Position numbers and translations under genes: made by a program
Notes under the pieces: generated by a model
Told to the model about the DNA's origin: nothing
What the model saw: only the letters and a program-made list of their open reading frames with translations
The model's database searches: none
Assembly (NCBI RefSeq): GCF_036321535.1
Contig: NC_087436.1
Location: 109,866,001-109,930,000, forward strand
Source of the DNA: Camelus dromedarius
Lineage: Eukaryota
DNA length: 64,000 bases
Reading direction: 5' to 3'
In this document: positions 61,100 to 64,000 of the stretch, piece by piece
Position numbering within the stretch: the stretch's first letter is position 1
How the letters are laid out: each line of letters opens with the position of its first letter

Positions 61100-61904
61100 A
61101 TCTAGAGCCGTGTTCATTATACTATAATACTTTCAAGCTAGAGAAAAAGAATTCCCTCAACTCTGACTACACTCCTGTAGAAGTCAGCAATATGGTAGTT
61201 AGAGTAATTTGCTTAACAAGGATTAGGAATAATCACTATGTTTTAAATGTGAGACACTCAAGTTCTTGCAAGGGATTTGAATAAATTGAGCTTTATTAGG
61301 ATTGATGAAATGAGGATACTTTCTTCCCTAAAGAACAGTTTAAGCTCGAAGATGAACTAAATCAAAGGAAATTCTAGACTGGGAATTTGCGGATGCCATT
61401 AATTAGAAGATGGGGTGCTTGGCATTCGGATTTAGTGAGAACCTTGACTTGGGGGAAGTGGCACTTGCTAGCTGTTATTCCGGTCTTACAGAGAGCTGGA
61501 AGGCCGTGCAGGTCCCAGCCACACATAAGCACAAGGCAATGGGAAGTGCCGAGTCTTTCTTTCTCCTAAACGTAATATCCCTCTCCACAGACTTAAATAA
61601 ACTCAGAAAGGCAGTGCATTCAATACATTACATATAATTAGAAAGGAGGTATTTTGATCATAGGATGGAGGCTGTTATTACAAGAGACTAAGAAAATGAT
61701 TAAATTGACATACAGATATAAGAATATGATCAGCATATATATTCTATCATTAGAACATATAGTCTAATAAAATTACAATAGAATAATATTCTAATGTAGG
61801 CTTATTTAATAAGTAGGGAGTGAAATTTCTGTGAAATCATTCATATCCTATAATTAGGAAAATAGTATTAAAGAATAGGACTGCACTAAGGCTCTGGTCC
61901 TTAT

Positions 61905-62035
61905 GATATATAAATATTAGATATTATATATACACACATATAAACACATGTATATATACAGATACATATGTAAATATGTATGATATATATAACATATATA
62001 TGATATGTGTAACTATATATGTGTGTGTGTGTGTA
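61905..62035. repeat. (TA/CA/TG)-rich low-complexity tract
   Basis: tatatatacacacatataaacacatgtatatatac...tatatatgtgtgtgtgtgtgt. Confidence 0.8.
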
Positions 62036-62999
62036 TTCTTCTAAATATACAAATATAATTTTTTTACCTAAAGTATTGGCAAAATTTCAGACCGTGGAAA
62101 CCTGAATGCCTTCATTTTAAATGAGAAAAAGGATAGCGTGTTCATAGCTTATCTAAAAGTCCAACAAACTTTCCAAGTGATTAGATACTATATCCCCTCA
62201 TTTAACAATCTACAAATATCTGTATATATTAAGTGCTTAAAACATCATTACTTATTTCATTTATATCCTAAAAACTCTTTAATGAATACATTTGGGTTTA
62301 GCATGTGACAATTATTTGCAATATCAGAATGAAATTGCACTTTGCTTCTGTACATTCACCTCACTAAGACCCCGACTTCATGATTGTTTTTCTACAGTTT
62401 GGCCTTTCTAGGCTCCTTAAGTTTACCTACATTAGTAGATTATAAAGCAATGTGGGGAAGATGACAGAAAGCATGTCACCTTGTAGACAGCTGGATCTGA
62501 AAAGAACCCTAGCCATAATCCTAAACAGAGAAGAGCAGAGATACACCTGCAGCTTGCTCCAAATCCTCCTGTCCTAATTCGTACTCAGCTCCCAAATCTC
62601 CACGGGCTCCCCACAAGCATATCCCCAGAGGAGGAGTTACATTTTGGAATCAGATGTTGAGTTTTGTATAGCTACTTCCACCAATCTTTATATTCCACAC
62701 ATAAAAATTCAAGGAAAAATATATTCTCTCAGAGAGAGAGAAGACAAATATATGGCATGTACACGTACATATTTTTGTATGTGTGTTGTGTATGTCTGCA
62801 TCATATATGTGTATTGGTACATAGATGATAGTCTCTGTGTGTGCACCTTTATGGATATATGCATATATATACTAATGATCATAGTTCCTGTTTACAAATT
62901 ATATAATGAGATAGATAAATAATAAATAAATACATAGTTTTACATCATCTCCACAAAGGAGTTCCTTTAGTCTGCTAGAAGAAGTGAGGAGTGAATGAA

Positions 63000-63900
63000 A
63001 ATAATCCCCTTTAAAAGCCTGCAGTTTAATTAGAGGCAAGAACATAGAAACAGACAAGTTACCTGATATGAATATGTAATTATCAGATAAAGAGATAAAT
63101 ACATACTGTGAGCCAATTAAAAGATAATGAAAGTCTTATCAAGTAATGCTCTAAGTATAGTAATAGCCATATGCACAGGGTTTTGTGACATTGTAGCCAC
63201 ACCAAAGAGTCCCTTACACAATAACTAGAGATGTAGGAGGTGTTCATGAAGGTTGCATAAGAAAGGAGATGCACCAACAAAATGGAGTGAGATGTGAAAA
63301 AAATGAAGAAAAGACACTTGTCTAACAGAAACAGCAGTCTACAGAAAGGACACAGATGAGAGAAAGCTTGGTAAACTGAGGAAAATGGAGGCAATTCAGG
63401 GTTTCTAAAAGCATAGACGATGAGGGAGGGAATGCCACATGATTAGATTGGTGAGGTTGAAAGAAGTCAGTTCATAGATTATCTTGTATTTATTTGAACA
63501 AGGTTTGACTGTGATCTGTAAATGACAGGAAATCTCTGGAGAGAAGATGATGAGTTGGGAAGACAGTGCAGTGATTTCCATGAAAAGTTGAGTTCTGAAC
63601 TAGGGTAGTGAAAGTAGGGATGTTGTTAGGAGGTTAAATTCAAGAAATACTTAGGTTTAGAATCATTAGGACATAACAAATGGGTATCTGTGATGGGAAA
63701 AGGGGAGTAGTAATGGGCTAAATTAAATCTCCCTGATTTCTAGGAGAATACTGACAATATAAGAGAAGGAATTAGCTTGGAGCAAGAATGAGTTGGTTAA
63801 AAAACTTTAGATTCAAATAAGACATGGGTGAACAAGTTAAGACAATTCCTGGTGCCCAAAAATCCACCTTGGGAATTGAATTATTTAGCAAAGAACATCA
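63000..63900 (-). mobile_element. L2 fragment
   Basis: ctgaactagggtagtgaaagtagggatg, aattcaagaaatacttaggtttagaatcattaggac and atctccctgatttctagg. Confidence 0.65.
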
Positions 63901-64000
63901 GAAAGTCTGAGGAAAAAGCCCAGTTGTTTCACTCACTGGCAATATAACTATAGGCAATCCATTCAGTTTCTTTGAGTCTTACTTTAATTTTCCCTTGTAA

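Noticed and set aside
1..64000. Short ORFs of the six-frame track as real genes
   Set aside because: All are 144 aa or shorter, many start at non-ATG codons, most overlap repeats or low-complexity DNA, and none resembles a cellular protein I recognise. The recognisable ones are broken L1 ORF2.
1..64000. CRISPR array, operon or other prokaryotic-type system
   Set aside because: The DNA is mammalian and has no regularly spaced repeat-spacer array. Recurrent sequences are dispersed L1 3'UTRs and MITEs.

Overview
This is AT-rich, CpG-depleted mammalian genomic DNA, not prokaryotic. A tRNA-derived SINE resembling the camelid Vic-1 family (60503-60628) and the L1 3'UTR style suggest a camelid (alpaca, llama or camel); this assignment is inference. 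I cannot support any intact protein-coding gene. The only ORF-track peptides I recognise are degraded LINE-1 ORF2 pieces, so the window reads as intergenic or deep-intronic sequence, a large part of it interspersed repeats: L1 of several ages, L2, CR1/L3, MIR, MaLR/ERV solo LTRs, hAT MITEs and microsatellites. Repeat family names come from recalled consensus features and old-element boundaries are approximate. I did not find a convincing undescribed biological system. The most noteworthy structures are: (1) a three-tier L1-in-L1-in-L1 nest whose host lacks ORF1 and whose innermost element has a twin-priming inversion with a large deletion; (2) an unexplained diverged ~200-bp direct repeat with a micro-exon-like core; (3) a short interstitial telomeric array in an L2; (4) template-switch-type palindromes; (5) a FOXA/DR1/CCAAT motif cluster upstream of a minus-strand splice donor.
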